Source of the DNA: Synechococcus sp.
Lineage (GTDB): Bacteria > Cyanobacteriota > Cyanobacteriia > PCC-6307 > Cyanobiaceae
NCBI GenBank assembly: GCA_047285805.1
Contig: JBJBCN010000002.1
Span: forward strand, 32,001-96,000
Direction of reading: 5' to 3'
Length of the DNA stretch: 64,000 nt
The position numbers and the translations under genes are program-made. Shown here piece by piece: positions 39,414-48,663 of the stretch (position 1 is the stretch's first letter; the number at the start of each line of letters is the position of its first letter). Below the pieces are notes generated by a model. The model did not search any database and was not told where the DNA came from. It worked only from the letters and a program-made list of their open reading frames with translations.

Positions 39414-39453
39414 TGAGACTTGAATGTCGCCTATGCGACAGGATTGGGTCTCA
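39414..39453. other. Interrupted stem-loop at the end of the DUF3721 gene
   Basis: TGAGAC..TGTCGC-CTAT-GCGACA..GTCTCA nested inverted repeats. Confidence 0.45.
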
Positions 39454-39876
39454 ATCGGGATGGCTGTTGCAGGGCATCCAGCCAGAGCCCATCCGATGGG
39501 CGCCGCTGCAGCCGAGGGTTCGGGCTTGATCGAGGGCCTCCTGCTGGCTGGGATAGAGCCTGAGTTCCTTGGCGGCCGGTCGGTGGGCGTGGGCCTGGCT
39601 GGGGTCTGGGCTCCACGTCCAAAGCCCCATCGCGTTCAGTCCAGCGACGGCCACGCCCATGCCGACGAGGCAGGCATTGAGCACGCCCATGCCGACAACC
39701 CCCAGGCTCACCACGCCCATGGGCACCACGCCAATGCTCACCACACCCATGGGCACGATGCCGATGGAGACGATTCCCAGCGGCGCTATGCCAATGGCCA
39801 CGCGTTTGGGCGGGGCCGAGCAGCTCGAAGTAATGAAGGTCTGGGTCTCGGCCTGACGTTCAGGACTGCGGACCAT
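39451..39876 (-). CDS. Gly-periodic hydrophobic repeat protein fused to a DUF3721-like domain
   Basis: GIVSIGIVPMGVVSIGVVPMGVVSLGVVGMG repeats; C-terminal YPSQQEA..A..LGCSGAHRMG..WMPC. Confidence 0.75.
   Translation of the reverse strand: MVRSPERQAETQTFITSSCSAPPKRVAIGIAPLGIVSIGIVPMGVVSIGVVPMGVVSLGVVGMGVLNACLVGMGVAVAGLNAMGLWTWSPDPSQAHAHRPAAKELRLYPSQQEALDQARTLGCSGAHRMGSGWMPCNSHPD
39651..39800. repeat. Degenerate 30-bp tandem repeat (coding)
   Basis: CAC(G/A)CCCAT recurs at 39652, 39682, 39712 and 39742, a 30-bp period equal to the 10-aa unit. Confidence 0.75.
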
Positions 39877-39914
39877 GGGCGCTCCTGCGATCGCGCCATC
39901 CTGCTGCCGATGAA

Positions 39915-40391
39915 TCAGTTGGCCTGCGCTTTGTTGTTAAACCACGTTGGGACGGCGGTGTAACAAGCCGCGTTCTTCTCGTTCTCCCGGGCTTCCACCT
40001 TCCAGCAACAGCTGCGGCCGCCATCACGGGCCTTCAGCAGCGTGTTGGCCCAGTCCCAGACCAGGGCGGCACTGGCTTCCATGCCGACGTTGTCCATCAC
40101 CCGCAGATCCAGGGCCCCCTGTGCGTGGAGGCTCTGCCACTGCTCCAGCAGCGGGTCGTCGGCGTTGACCAAAAACGTGTGGTCAAACTGCTGCCTGAGG
40201 CGTTGTTCCAGCTCGCTGAGACTGGAGAAATCCACCACAAAGCCGTTCTCGTCGAGCTCCTCGGCTTGGAACCAGAAGCAGAAACTGCGGCTGTAACCGT
40301 GCACAAAACGGCAATGCCCGGCGTGTCGCCACTGACGGTGGCAACAGGGGTAGCCGCTAAAGGCTTTGCTGCAGGTGTAGACGGCGGTCAT
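39915..40391 (-). CDS. queD: 6-carboxytetrahydropterin / 6-pyruvoyl-tetrahydropterin synthase family
   Basis: HCRFVHGYS, VVDF, FDHTFL and E.RE motifs. Confidence 0.8.
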   Translation of the reverse strand: MTAVYTCSKAFSGYPCCHRQWRHAGHCRFVHGYSRSFCFWFQAEELDENGFVVDFSSLSELEQRLRQQFDHTFLVNADDPLLEQWQSLHAQGALDLRVMDNVGMEASAALVWDWANTLLKARDGGRSCCWKVEARENEKNAACYTAVPTWFNNKAQAN

Positions 40392-40436
40392 CCCCGGTGA
40401 ATGCTGGATGTGGGTCTTGAGGGAGGATCGGGGTAG

Positions 40437-41132
40437 ATGGATCGACAGCCCTTGCAGGCATCATTTCAGGCCCCAGATCCGGCCTTCATCAGCTCGCTTC
40501 GTTTTAACGAGGCCGGCCTGATCCCGGCGGTCGCGCAGGACTGGCTCGACGGTGCCGTCCTGATGGTCGCCTGGATGAACCAAGAGGCGATCGAGCGCAC
40601 GCTGGCTACGGGCGAGGTGCACTACTGGAGTCGCTCCAGGCAGGAGCTTTGGCACAAGGGGGCCACCAGCGGCCACACCCAGGCCCTGCGCGGCCTCCGC
40701 TACGACTGCGATGCCGATGTTCTGCTGCTCACAATCGAGCAACAGGGTGATGTCGCCTGCCACACCGGCGCCCGCAGTTGCTTCTACGACGACGGCCCCA
40801 GCCCAACAGAAGGTGGTGCCAGCGCCGCGCCTCCGCCGGCCGATGTGTGTACGGAGCTGATGCGGGTCATCGAAGGACGCCGCGATCAGCCCGAGCCCGA
40901 CAGCTACACCAACAAGTTGCTGGAGGGGGGTGACAACCGAATCCTCAAAAAGATCGGGGAGGAGAGCGCCGAATTTGTGATGGCGTGCAAGGACAACAGT
41001 CCCGATGAGATGGCGGGTGAGGCGGCCGACATCGTCTTCCACCTCCAGGTCGCCTTGGCCCACCACGGCGTGAGCTGGCGCAAGGTGCAACAGGTGCTCG
41101 CGGCGCGCCGCGGAGCACCCCGTCGCGAGTAG
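40437..41132 (+). CDS. hisIE: Bifunctional phosphoribosyl-AMP cyclohydrolase / phosphoribosyl-ATP pyrophosphatase
   Basis: [42 protein letters not shown]. Confidence 0.97.
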   Translation: MDRQPLQASFQAPDPAFISSLRFNEAGLIPAVAQDWLDGAVLMVAWMNQEAIERTLATGEVHYWSRSRQELWHKGATSGHTQALRGLRYDCDADVLLLTIEQQGDVACHTGARSCFYDDGPSPTEGGASAAPPPADVCTELMRVIEGRRDQPEPDSYTNKLLEGGDNRILKKIGEESAEFVMACKDNSPDEMAGEAADIVFHLQVALAHHGVSWRKVQQVLAARRGAPRRE

Positions 41133-41134
41133 GC

Positions 41135-42214
41135 CTACTTCAGCTGAATCGTGCTCCCGTGGCGGAGCCCCGAGCGGTTGCTCAGGATCACGCGATCCGT
41201 TGGGGACAGTCCGCTGAGCACCGGATAGCGATCGCCCTGCAGGGGACCCAAGAGGATGCTGCGTTGCAGCGCCACGGTGCTGTTCGCCTGCAGGCGTTCA
41301 ATGCTTGCCAGGGGCGTTTTGCCGGGGTCCTTCTTCCATTCGGCCGGGGTGCCGACCACAAATACGAAGCTTTGGCCGAACTGGCGTGTGACCGCCTCAA
41401 AGGGGACGGCGAGCTGGCGCTCAGCACCAATGATCAAACGGGTTCTCAGCCGTTGCCCGTCCCGCAGCATGCCGTTGGGGTTGTCGACCTTGGCCTTCGC
41501 CAGCAAGGTCTGGCTGCTCGGGTTGATGTTGGGGTCGATCATCGTCACCCGCCCCTTTGCAATGGGCCGTTGCCCTTGCCCATCCAGCAGTTGCACCAGT
41601 TGGCCGCTGGCTAGACGGTTCGCCTGGGCTGCGGGGACGTCGATGCGGGCCTGCAGGGCCTCATTGCGGATGATCCGGCTGAAGGGGCTACCGGCCTGGA
41701 GAACATCCCCCGCTTTGACGCTCAGATCGCTGATGACACCTGCGATGGGAGCGCGGACATCCTTGTAGGAGAGGTCTGCCAACTTGGCCCGCAGGGCTTG
41801 GTTGGAGCCGATGGCCTTGGCTTCAAATTCATCCCGCTGCAGGGCGGTGGCGGCACCCTCCTTCACCAGGCCCGCTAAGCGTTCGTAGGCCAGCTGATCG
41901 CTCTTGCTCTGTGCTTTGAGGGCGGAGACATCGGCTTTGAGTTGGGTTTGATCGAGGACCAGCAGCAGCTGCCCCTCCTCCACGGACTGCCCGGACTGGA
42001 CCAGGACTCGTTGAATGCGTCCGCCGGCCTGGGCCGCGAGTTCTATCTCATCGGTGGCCTCCAGGGTGCTGACGGTATCGATGCTTTGTACGAACACCTC
42101 CCGCGCCAGGGGCGCGGCCTTGACCTTTTGCGGCGGCCGTCCTGTGGGGGAGCCGCAGCCGCAGAGCGTTAGGAGTCCAAGAACGGCCAAGGCCAGCCAG
42201 GGCGGTTTAGGCAT
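41135..42214 (-). CDS. RND efflux periplasmic adaptor (MFP), lipoprotein
   Basis: Lipobox LCGC, lipoyl half-motifs G..V..GQ.L and VRAPIAG. Confidence 0.9.
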   Translation of the reverse strand: MPKPPWLALAVLGLLTLCGCGSPTGRPPQKVKAAPLAREVFVQSIDTVSTLEATDEIELAAQAGGRIQRVLVQSGQSVEEGQLLLVLDQTQLKADVSALKAQSKSDQLAYERLAGLVKEGAATALQRDEFEAKAIGSNQALRAKLADLSYKDVRAPIAGVISDLSVKAGDVLQAGSPFSRIIRNEALQARIDVPAAQANRLASGQLVQLLDGQGQRPIAKGRVTMIDPNINPSSQTLLAKAKVDNPNGMLRDGQRLRTRLIIGAERQLAVPFEAVTRQFGQSFVFVVGTPAEWKKDPGKTPLASIERLQANSTVALQRSILLGPLQGDRYPVLSGLSPTDRVILSNRSGLRHGSTIQLK

Positions 42215-45200
42215 GGGTCCTCCGGGCTTTGAGTTGGAGCTCCCAGCCCTTGATCAACCTGTAGCTACTGGGCACGACAAACAGGCTTAAAACGGTGGCC
42301 ACCAGCAGGCCGAAGAACACCACGGTGCCGATGCTGATCCGGCTGCTGGCGCTGCTGCCACTGGCGAGCAGCAAGGGCAGGAATCCAGCGAGGGAGGAGA
42401 TCGCCGTAAGCAGAATCGGCCGCAGCCGGGAGCGGGCCGACTCGCGGATGGCCGTGTTCAAGCTCAGGCCCTCCCGCAGGCGCTGGTTGGCGAATTCCAC
42501 GATCAGGATGCCGTTTTTGGCCGCCAGGGCCACCAGGACCAGGAGTCCCATCTGGCCGTAAACATCCAGTGGCAGCCCCCGCAGCACCAGGCCCCCCAGG
42601 GCCCCCAGCAGGGCCAGGGGAACTGTGATCAAGATGATCACCGGGTCCAGCAGGTTCTCGTAGAGGCCGGCCAGCACGAGCCCCATCACCAAGACCGCCA
42701 GGGCAAAGACCCGGATGGTGCTGCGACCTGAGCGCCGCTCTTCTGCGGCAAGCCCCCTCCAAGCCAAGTCGGTGCTGCGGCCGCCGAGTTGCTGTTGCAG
42801 CCGCTCCAGTTCGGCCATCGCTTGTCCGGTGCTGACCCCCGAGGCCGGGAGGGCGCGGATGCCGATGGAGCGCACCAGACGGCTGTGGTTGATAGTGCTG
42901 GCTCCGCTGGAGGCCTCCACCTGCACCAACTGACCGACGGGGATCAGGACTCCTTTCTTCGATCGCACCTGCAGGGCCAGCACGTCATCGAGGTTGCGTC
43001 GTCCTCCGCCGTCGAGTTGAACAATCACCCGGCGGACCTGGTCCCCCTCAAAGCTGTCGTTGACGTAGCTGCTGCCCAAGCTGGCCTGCAAGGTGCTTAC
43101 CAACTGGCTCAGCTCGACCCCGAGGGAGGCCATTTGCAGCCGATCGGGCTCCAGGCGCAAGAGCGGTGAATCGGCGCTGAAGCGCGTGGAGACCCGCTCG
43201 AACCTCCCTGTGGCGTTGGCGGCTTGGATCAGCCGCTGCGCTTCCCCGGCAAATTGCTGCAGGGACAACTGGCCATTGCTGGTGTCGAGCAGCTCCAGCT
43301 CGAGGCCCCCCTCACTGCTGAAGCCCCGCACGCTGGGCGGTTGGCTGACGATCACCGTCGCCCCCGTGATTTGCTTGCGCAGAACACTGTTCAGGCGTTG
43401 GGCCACCGCTTCAGTGCTGGGGCGGCCCGGTCCCCGCTTACCGATCGGTTGGAGACGCAGGAAGAGCAGCCCCTTGTTGGGGGTGCTGTCGCCGAAGGAC
43501 CGTCCGGCATAGAAGTTGCCGGTTCGAATCGCCGGGTCTGCCTCCGCCAGTTCTTGCACTTGCTGCATCACCGCTTCGGTGCGCTGCAGTGAGAGCCCCT
43601 CCGGGAGGACAAGGACCCCCCGCAACTGTCCATTGTCTTCCTGGGGAATGAAGGCTGTCGGTCTCCAGCTCAAGCCCAGGGCCGTGATCAGCAGACCCAG
43701 CACGACGCTGGCCATTACGCGGCGTCGCAGCCGCAACGAGCCCTCGAGCCAGCGGCCATAGGGCGCTTCCAGTGATTCCAGCCAACGCCGGGGTGGATCG
43801 ATCCAGCGCAGCAGCCAGGCGGGCTCGCGCTGCTCGGCGTGGAGCAATCGACTGGCTGCCACCGGGGTGAAGCTGATGGCGTTAAAAGTCGACATCGCGA
43901 TCGCCGCACTGATGCTGATGGCGATGGGGGCATAGAGCCGGCCCACGCTGCCCTCCAGGCCGATGACCGGGAGGAAGACGACCACCAGCACCAGGGAGGT
44001 GGCGACCACCGCGCCTCCGAGTTCGGCCATTGATGCGCGAGCCGCTGCCAGCGGGGAGGCATCGGCTTTTAAGCGTCGGCCGATGTCCTCGCTGACCACG
44101 ATGGCGTCATCCACGACGAGGCCCGAGGCCAGCACCATCCCAAACAGGCTGAGGGTGTTGATGGAACCCCCCGCTAGCTTGATCAGGCTGATCGAGCCGA
44201 GCAGTGAGACCGGGACGGCCAGGGCACTGATCAGGGCGAGGCGGCTGTTGCCGAGCCCGAGGAGCAGCGCCAAGAAAACCAGCAAGACCGCATCCCGAAG
44301 GCTGCCGGCCGTCTCCCCAATACTGGTGCGAATCGTCTCCGCTTCGTTGACGATCAGCTGCAGATCAATGCCCGGGGGGATGTCCGGCTGGAGTTCGGCC
44401 AGGGCCCGCTCGACCGACTCACTGACCGCGAGGGCGTTCGTTCCGTCCCGTTGGTAGACGCCAATGGCGACCGCGCTGCTGCCCTGGAGGTTGGTGGCGA
44501 CGGCGTCATAGCTCTCGCTGCCAAGGACCACATGACCGATATCCCTGAGCAGCACGACCCCACCCTCGGGGCCCTCGCCGACTACCAGCTGTTCGAGTTC
44601 CTCGCTGCTGCGGAGCCGCCCTTCCATCTCCAGCGGCAGGGTGGTGACCTGCCCGGGGGGCATCGGCGCCTCACCGGTTTGTCCGAGAGCGGCCAAGACG
44701 TTCTGGGCTTCCAGGGCCCGCTCCACGTCGTTAATCGTGAGTTGCCGCTCCAGCAGCGCCGCGGGATTCAGCCATAGACGGAAGGCCAGGGGGCTGCCTC
44801 CGAACAGACGGACATCACCGACCCCTTCGACCCGCTGCAGCCGCTGCTGCACGACCTGGCTGACCCAGCCGTTGAGGAACTGCGTTGTGTAGCGCTGGGG
44901 ATCTGCGCTGAAGCTCAGGACCATTAAGAGGTCATCGGAGCTGCGCCGGACTTGCACGCCAAGGCGGGCGACCTGGGCCGGAAGCCGCCGCAGGACTTGG
45001 GCGATCTCGTTTTGGGTGTTGACCTGGTTGAGCTCCGGGGAGCCGCCGCGGAAGGTCAGCTGAATGCTGCTGCCGCTACCGCTGCTGCTCGAGCGGATAC
45101 TCTCCAAGCTGTCAAGCCCATTCAGTTGCTGCTCGATCAGGGCCGTGACCCCCTGCTCGACAACCTCAGGGCTACCCCCGGGATAGGAGCTCCGGACACT

Positions 45201-45350
45201 AACTCGATCCGGCGCAATGCTAGGCAAGTTCTCAACCTGCAGGCCGCTCAGGCTGAGGGTCCCCATCAACAGCAGAAGCAGGCTCAGCACCAAGCTGAAT
45301 ACGGGCCGTCTCAAGAACAGATCCGAGAGGGTCCGCTTCGGCGGAGTCAT
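42207..45350 (-). CDS. RND efflux permease (HAE1/AcrB family)
   Basis: 1047 aa; GLVVDDAIVV, AKNGILIVEFA and RLRPILLT proton-relay motifs. Confidence 0.95.
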   Translation of the reverse strand: MTPPKRTLSDLFLRRPVFSLVLSLLLLLMGTLSLSGLQVENLPSIAPDRVSVRSSYPGGSPEVVEQGVTALIEQQLNGLDSLESIRSSSSGSGSSIQLTFRGGSPELNQVNTQNEIAQVLRRLPAQVARLGVQVRRSSDDLLMVLSFSADPQRYTTQFLNGWVSQVVQQRLQRVEGVGDVRLFGGSPLAFRLWLNPAALLERQLTINDVERALEAQNVLAALGQTGEAPMPPGQVTTLPLEMEGRLRSSEELEQLVVGEGPEGGVVLLRDIGHVVLGSESYDAVATNLQGSSAVAIGVYQRDGTNALAVSESVERALAELQPDIPPGIDLQLIVNEAETIRTSIGETAGSLRDAVLLVFLALLLGLGNSRLALISALAVPVSLLGSISLIKLAGGSINTLSLFGMVLASGLVVDDAIVVSEDIGRRLKADASPLAAARASMAELGGAVVATSLVLVVVFLPVIGLEGSVGRLYAPIAISISAAIAMSTFNAISFTPVAASRLLHAEQREPAWLLRWIDPPRRWLESLEAPYGRWLEGSLRLRRRVMASVVLGLLITALGLSWRPTAFIPQEDNGQLRGVLVLPEGLSLQRTEAVMQQVQELAEADPAIRTGNFYAGRSFGDSTPNKGLLFLRLQPIGKRGPGRPSTEAVAQRLNSVLRKQITGATVIVSQPPSVRGFSSEGGLELELLDTSNGQLSLQQFAGEAQRLIQAANATGRFERVSTRFSADSPLLRLEPDRLQMASLGVELSQLVSTLQASLGSSYVNDSFEGDQVRRVIVQLDGGGRRNLDDVLALQVRSKKGVLIPVGQLVQVEASSGASTINHSRLVRSIGIRALPASGVSTGQAMAELERLQQQLGGRSTDLAWRGLAAEERRSGRSTIRVFALAVLVMGLVLAGLYENLLDPVIILITVPLALLGALGGLVLRGLPLDVYGQMGLLVLVALAAKNGILIVEFANQRLREGLSLNTAIRESARSRLRPILLTAISSLAGFLPLLLASGSSASSRISIGTVVFFGLLVATVLSLFVVPSSYRLIKGWELQLKARRTHA

Positions 45351-45997
45351 GGATGGTTGGAGGGCAGTTCAGCCTGGGTCAGCCCTGGCTGTTCTTGCAA
45401 CCACGTCAAGGTGGTTCGATCGCGGGGGCTGAGCTCGAGCACCGGGATCGGTCCGGCTTTCACGGCCAGTGCATCGCCGGCTTGGTCGCTATGGCCCCAG
45501 AGGCCAAATGCGTGGCCCAGTTCATGGAGGCTCGTGGCCTGGATAGCCGTTTGGGCTTGGCCGGGGCTGATCAACACGTTCACCAGCGGTTCCCGTTGCC
45601 AGCGCTGCTGCCGGCGCACGTCCTGCAGTTGCAGCAGGGCCCGTCCGTTGCTGGCGCGGTTGTTGCGCAGGGGAGGCCGCCGCCGTTCCACACGGACCTG
45701 GGCCCGCAGCGGATCGGAGACCAGCTCGATCGGCAGCAGCTCCTGCCAGGTGCGCAGGGCGGCGCTGACGGCTTGATGCCAGCGCTGCTCCCAGATCGCT
45801 CCCGGTCCATCTGACTCCACAGGGTGGACCCAGACGCACCAGTGCTTGCGTCTCGGCCAGCCCGCCTGCGTCGTCTTCAGGCGATCGCTGTAGCCAGCAC
45901 CTTTGGTCGCTGCGGCCTCGATCAAGAGCGCCCCCTGACCAGCCCAGGGCCGCACATCGGAAGCGACGGGACAGCGGTCTGGAGGCGGCAGCTCCAT
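45347..45997 (-). CDS. Zinc metallopeptidase (matrixin-like)
   Basis: HELGHAFGLWGHS (HExxHxxGxxH-like) and LSPRD. Confidence 0.85.
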   Translation of the reverse strand: MELPPPDRCPVASDVRPWAGQGALLIEAAATKGAGYSDRLKTTQAGWPRRKHWCVWVHPVESDGPGAIWEQRWHQAVSAALRTWQELLPIELVSDPLRAQVRVERRRPPLRNNRASNGRALLQLQDVRRQQRWQREPLVNVLISPGQAQTAIQATSLHELGHAFGLWGHSDQAGDALAVKAGPIPVLELSPRDRTTLTWLQEQPGLTQAELPSNHP

Positions 45998-46005
45998 CGT
46001 TGGAG

Positions 46006-46503
46006 TTAACCGGGCAGGCCGACGCCCCGGGCCATCAAGGTGGCGAGGAACGGAACAAAAGCAAAGCCCACTAATTCGATATTCAGGATCCAGGCCAGGC
46101 GCTTCGCCAGGGCTTCAGTCACCTGGGGCAGCTCACCTTTGCGAAGTGGGATGGCCCAGGTGATGTAGGTGATCGTTGGGTAGAGGGAGAGGCCTCCAAC
46201 GGAGAGGTAGATGCCGACCTTCCACCAGAACAGGGGGTTCTCCGTATAGAACTCTGAGCCCTGCCCGAAGTACATCACCCGCAGTATGCCGCTCACCAGC
46301 AGGGCTAGGGCTGCTATGCCGTAGACCACGTCTGTGATCACCATCAAAGTGGCGTCCTTGCGGTTCGGGTTGGGCTGGATCAAACGGCGTTCCAGCACCA
46401 GGGCGCCAAAGCAGAGCATAAAGCTGAGGTAGTGGACGTAGGCCACGCCGGCTCGGGTGAAGACGGTCGGTGCGATGTCGGCGATCAGAGCCGGGGCGGG
46501 CAT
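46006..46503 (-). CDS. DUF2214 family membrane protein
   Basis: AYVHYL, D.VYG, FYTENPLFWWK, SLYPT, MARGVG. Confidence 0.85.
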   Translation of the reverse strand: MPAPALIADIAPTVFTRAGVAYVHYLSFMLCFGALVLERRLIQPNPNRKDATLMVITDVVYGIAALALLVSGILRVMYFGQGSEFYTENPLFWWKVGIYLSVGGLSLYPTITYITWAIPLRKGELPQVTEALAKRLAWILNIELVGFAFVPFLATLMARGVGLPG

Positions 46504-46695
46504 TGCCTTGGACTAGATGGGTTATAGACCGTAGCGACTAAGGGGCTGCGCTGGTTTTGTTCAGGATTTGGAAGCCAATCCGCAGTTGCGAAGCAAATAT
46601 GAATTAGGAAAGAACTTTGAAACTTGGAAGCTTTTTAGTGCCTTTTTTTATTGAGCAAAAATGCCCTTAGGTTCAAATCAGCAGAACGCGCAATC

Positions 46696-47631
46696 ATGGC
46701 CAGCTCGCTGAGTGCTTTCTTGGGTGAAATTGGTCGCCACCAATTGTTGACACCAGAGCAAGAGCTGATGCTCGGCCGCAAGGTACAAGCGATGGTGCAC
46801 TTGCATGAGCGCTGCGCTATGGCTGGTGGTGTCGGCGAGGCCTGCAGCTACAACGACATTGAAAAGCGCACCATGCGTGTGGGCGAGCGGGCCAAGGACC
46901 AGATGATCACCGCCAATCTGCGCCTGGTGGTCAATTTGGCCAAGCGTTATCAGGGCAAGGGTCTTGATCTCTTGGACCTCATTCAAGAGGGAACCCTGGG
47001 GTTGACCCGGGCGGTGGAGAAATACGACCCCACCCGCGGTCATCGCTTCAGTACTTATGCCTACTGGTGGATTCGTCAGGGTCTTAATCGTGCGCTTTCG
47101 ACCCAAAGTCGCACGATTCGGATTCCTGTCAATGTCAACGAAAAATTGACACGACTCCGGGCGGCGAAGGCGCGCTTGATGCAGCGCAATGGCATGGCGC
47201 CGACTTCTCAACAGTTGGCGACGGCGATGGGTTTGCCGCTCGATGAAATTGAGGATTTGCTGGGTTGCGAGCTGCGCAGTGTCACTGTCAGCCTGCAGGG
47301 CACCGTCAAATCAAAATCCGATCCCACGGAGTTGGTGGACGTGCTTCCCAGCGAGGACCTTCCGCCGATGGAGCGTTGTGAATTGGCGGAGCGCAATGCC
47401 GCCGTATGGAAGCTCCTTGATCAGTCGAACCTCACCCCGAAGGAGCGGACCGTTGTGATGCTGCGCTTCGGCCTGGATGGCAGCCATGAATGGCGGACCT
47501 TGGCGGAGGTGGCGCGCCTGCTGGGCTGCAGCCGGGAGTACTGCCGTCAGGTCGTCCAACGGTCCCTGCGCAAGCTGCGCAAGGTGGGGATCCAGAGCGG
47601 CCTGGTGGACGTCAGTTCTGTCGTCCAGTAA
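46696..47631 (+). CDS. Group 2-like sigma-70 factor
   Basis: Region 1.2 LLTPEQE; region 2 ANLRLVV, DLIQEG..GL.RAVEKYD, RFSTYAYWWIRQ; region 4 LRFGLDG..TLAEV; no region 1.1. Confidence 0.93.
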   Translation: MASSLSAFLGEIGRHQLLTPEQELMLGRKVQAMVHLHERCAMAGGVGEACSYNDIEKRTMRVGERAKDQMITANLRLVVNLAKRYQGKGLDLLDLIQEGTLGLTRAVEKYDPTRGHRFSTYAYWWIRQGLNRALSTQSRTIRIPVNVNEKLTRLRAAKARLMQRNGMAPTSQQLATAMGLPLDEIEDLLGCELRSVTVSLQGTVKSKSDPTELVDVLPSEDLPPMERCELAERNAAVWKLLDQSNLTPKERTVVMLRFGLDGSHEWRTLAEVARLLGCSREYCRQVVQRSLRKLRKVGIQSGLVDVSSVVQ

Positions 47632-47675
47632 GTCCGCCCTCAGAATGGTGTCATCGCTTGAGGTGACACCAGCCC

Positions 47676-48041
47676 ATGGCTGTAGATCCTGCTGCCAAGC
47701 CCATTGATGCCCAGGTGCTGGGCAGCACCGAGGTTGATGAGGGTGCATTGCGTCACCTGTTGCGCCGTGCCGGTCGCGCCATCGCCCGTCCAGCCCTGGA
47801 GTGTCTGGAGCTGATGCTCGATCCGGGCACGCCGCCGCAGGTGCGCCTGACGATGCTGGCGGCCTTGACCTATCTCCTGGTGCCTGTAGATCTGATCCCT
47901 GATTTCATTCCGGCCGCCGGCTTTAGCGATGACCTGGTGGCCTTGACTGGTCTACTGGGGCTCTGCACGAGTCATATGAGCGACCCCATTCGGTTGCGGG
48001 CGCAACGCAAACTGGATCGCTGGTTCCCCCCGACGCGCTGA
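47676..48041 (+). CDS. DUF1232/YkvA family protein
   Basis: ALTYLLVPVDLIPDFIP..GFSDD. Confidence 0.9.
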   Translation: MAVDPAAKPIDAQVLGSTEVDEGALRHLLRRAGRAIARPALECLELMLDPGTPPQVRLTMLAALTYLLVPVDLIPDFIPAAGFSDDLVALTGLLGLCTSHMSDPIRLRAQRKLDRWFPPTR

Positions 48042-48370
48042 TGGCTGCTCTGACCTCTGAGCAGTTAGACGAACTGCAATCGTTTATCAAGGACTGGCTG
48101 CGCCATAGCGGCAGGACGCAATCGGACTTGCGCCGGGCGCTGCGGGCCAGTTCGATTCGGATGCCGGTGCTGCTCGATGAGCTCGATCGCACCTACCGGC
48201 GCGACGGCCTGGTGGGGTTGGCAGAACGCCTCTGTGACATCGAGGCGGTCTGGCAAAGCGAGGATCAAGGAGGTGGGGATGTGACTGAGGCTTCACCCGC
48301 CGTCGAGGATTCCTTGGGGCAATTGGACCTGCTTCTCGAAGAAATCCGACTGGAAGTCGGAGACGGCTGA
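48041..48370 (+). CDS. Hypothetical protein (possible XRE-like N-terminal helices)
   Basis: Translationally coupled to DUF1232 (TGATG); WLRHSGRTQSDLRRAL; C-terminal QLDLLLEEI. Confidence 0.65.
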   Translation: MAALTSEQLDELQSFIKDWLRHSGRTQSDLRRALRASSIRMPVLLDELDRTYRRDGLVGLAERLCDIEAVWQSEDQGGGDVTEASPAVEDSLGQLDLLLEEIRLEVGDG

Positions 48371-48417
48371 CGGCTGCCCTCAGTCACGTCACAGTGGGTG
48401 CAAGTTGCACCGTTGAG

Positions 48418-48663
48418 ATGTCCCGCACCCGTTGGCTGGCCTGGGCTTCCGCCGTTGCTCTGGGCGCGGCCTGCCCCGCAGCCGTTCAGGCCCAGTCGGA
48501 AAGCTTTCTCTGGGGACCGGGTAGCAATGTGGGTCCCGCCACCACGGTCGAGCCCAAAAACTGCGTGACCGCAGCGGACGGAAGTATCACTTGCGACACC
48601 AAGTTGGTGAACCCTCCGGGAGATACTCCCGCGAAGCCCCAGTACACGCCCTTTCGTAATTGA
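48418..48663 (+). CDS. Small exported hypothetical protein
   Basis: Signal peptide ending AQA-like VQA; NCV..ADGSITCDT Cys pair. Confidence 0.6.
   Translation: MSRTRWLAWASAVALGAACPAAVQAQSESFLWGPGSNVGPATTVEPKNCVTAADGSITCDTKLVNPPGDTPAKPQYTPFRN

Noticed and set aside
39424..39963. Plus-strand 179-aa ORF with a striking His-rich tract (HAHADNPQAHHAHGHHANAHHTHGH) next to the zinc cluster
   Set aside because: It is the antisense of the Val/Met repeat gene (GTG/ATG read as CAC/CAT). The minus frame has a recognisable DUF3721-like domain, so the His tract is most likely a shadow.
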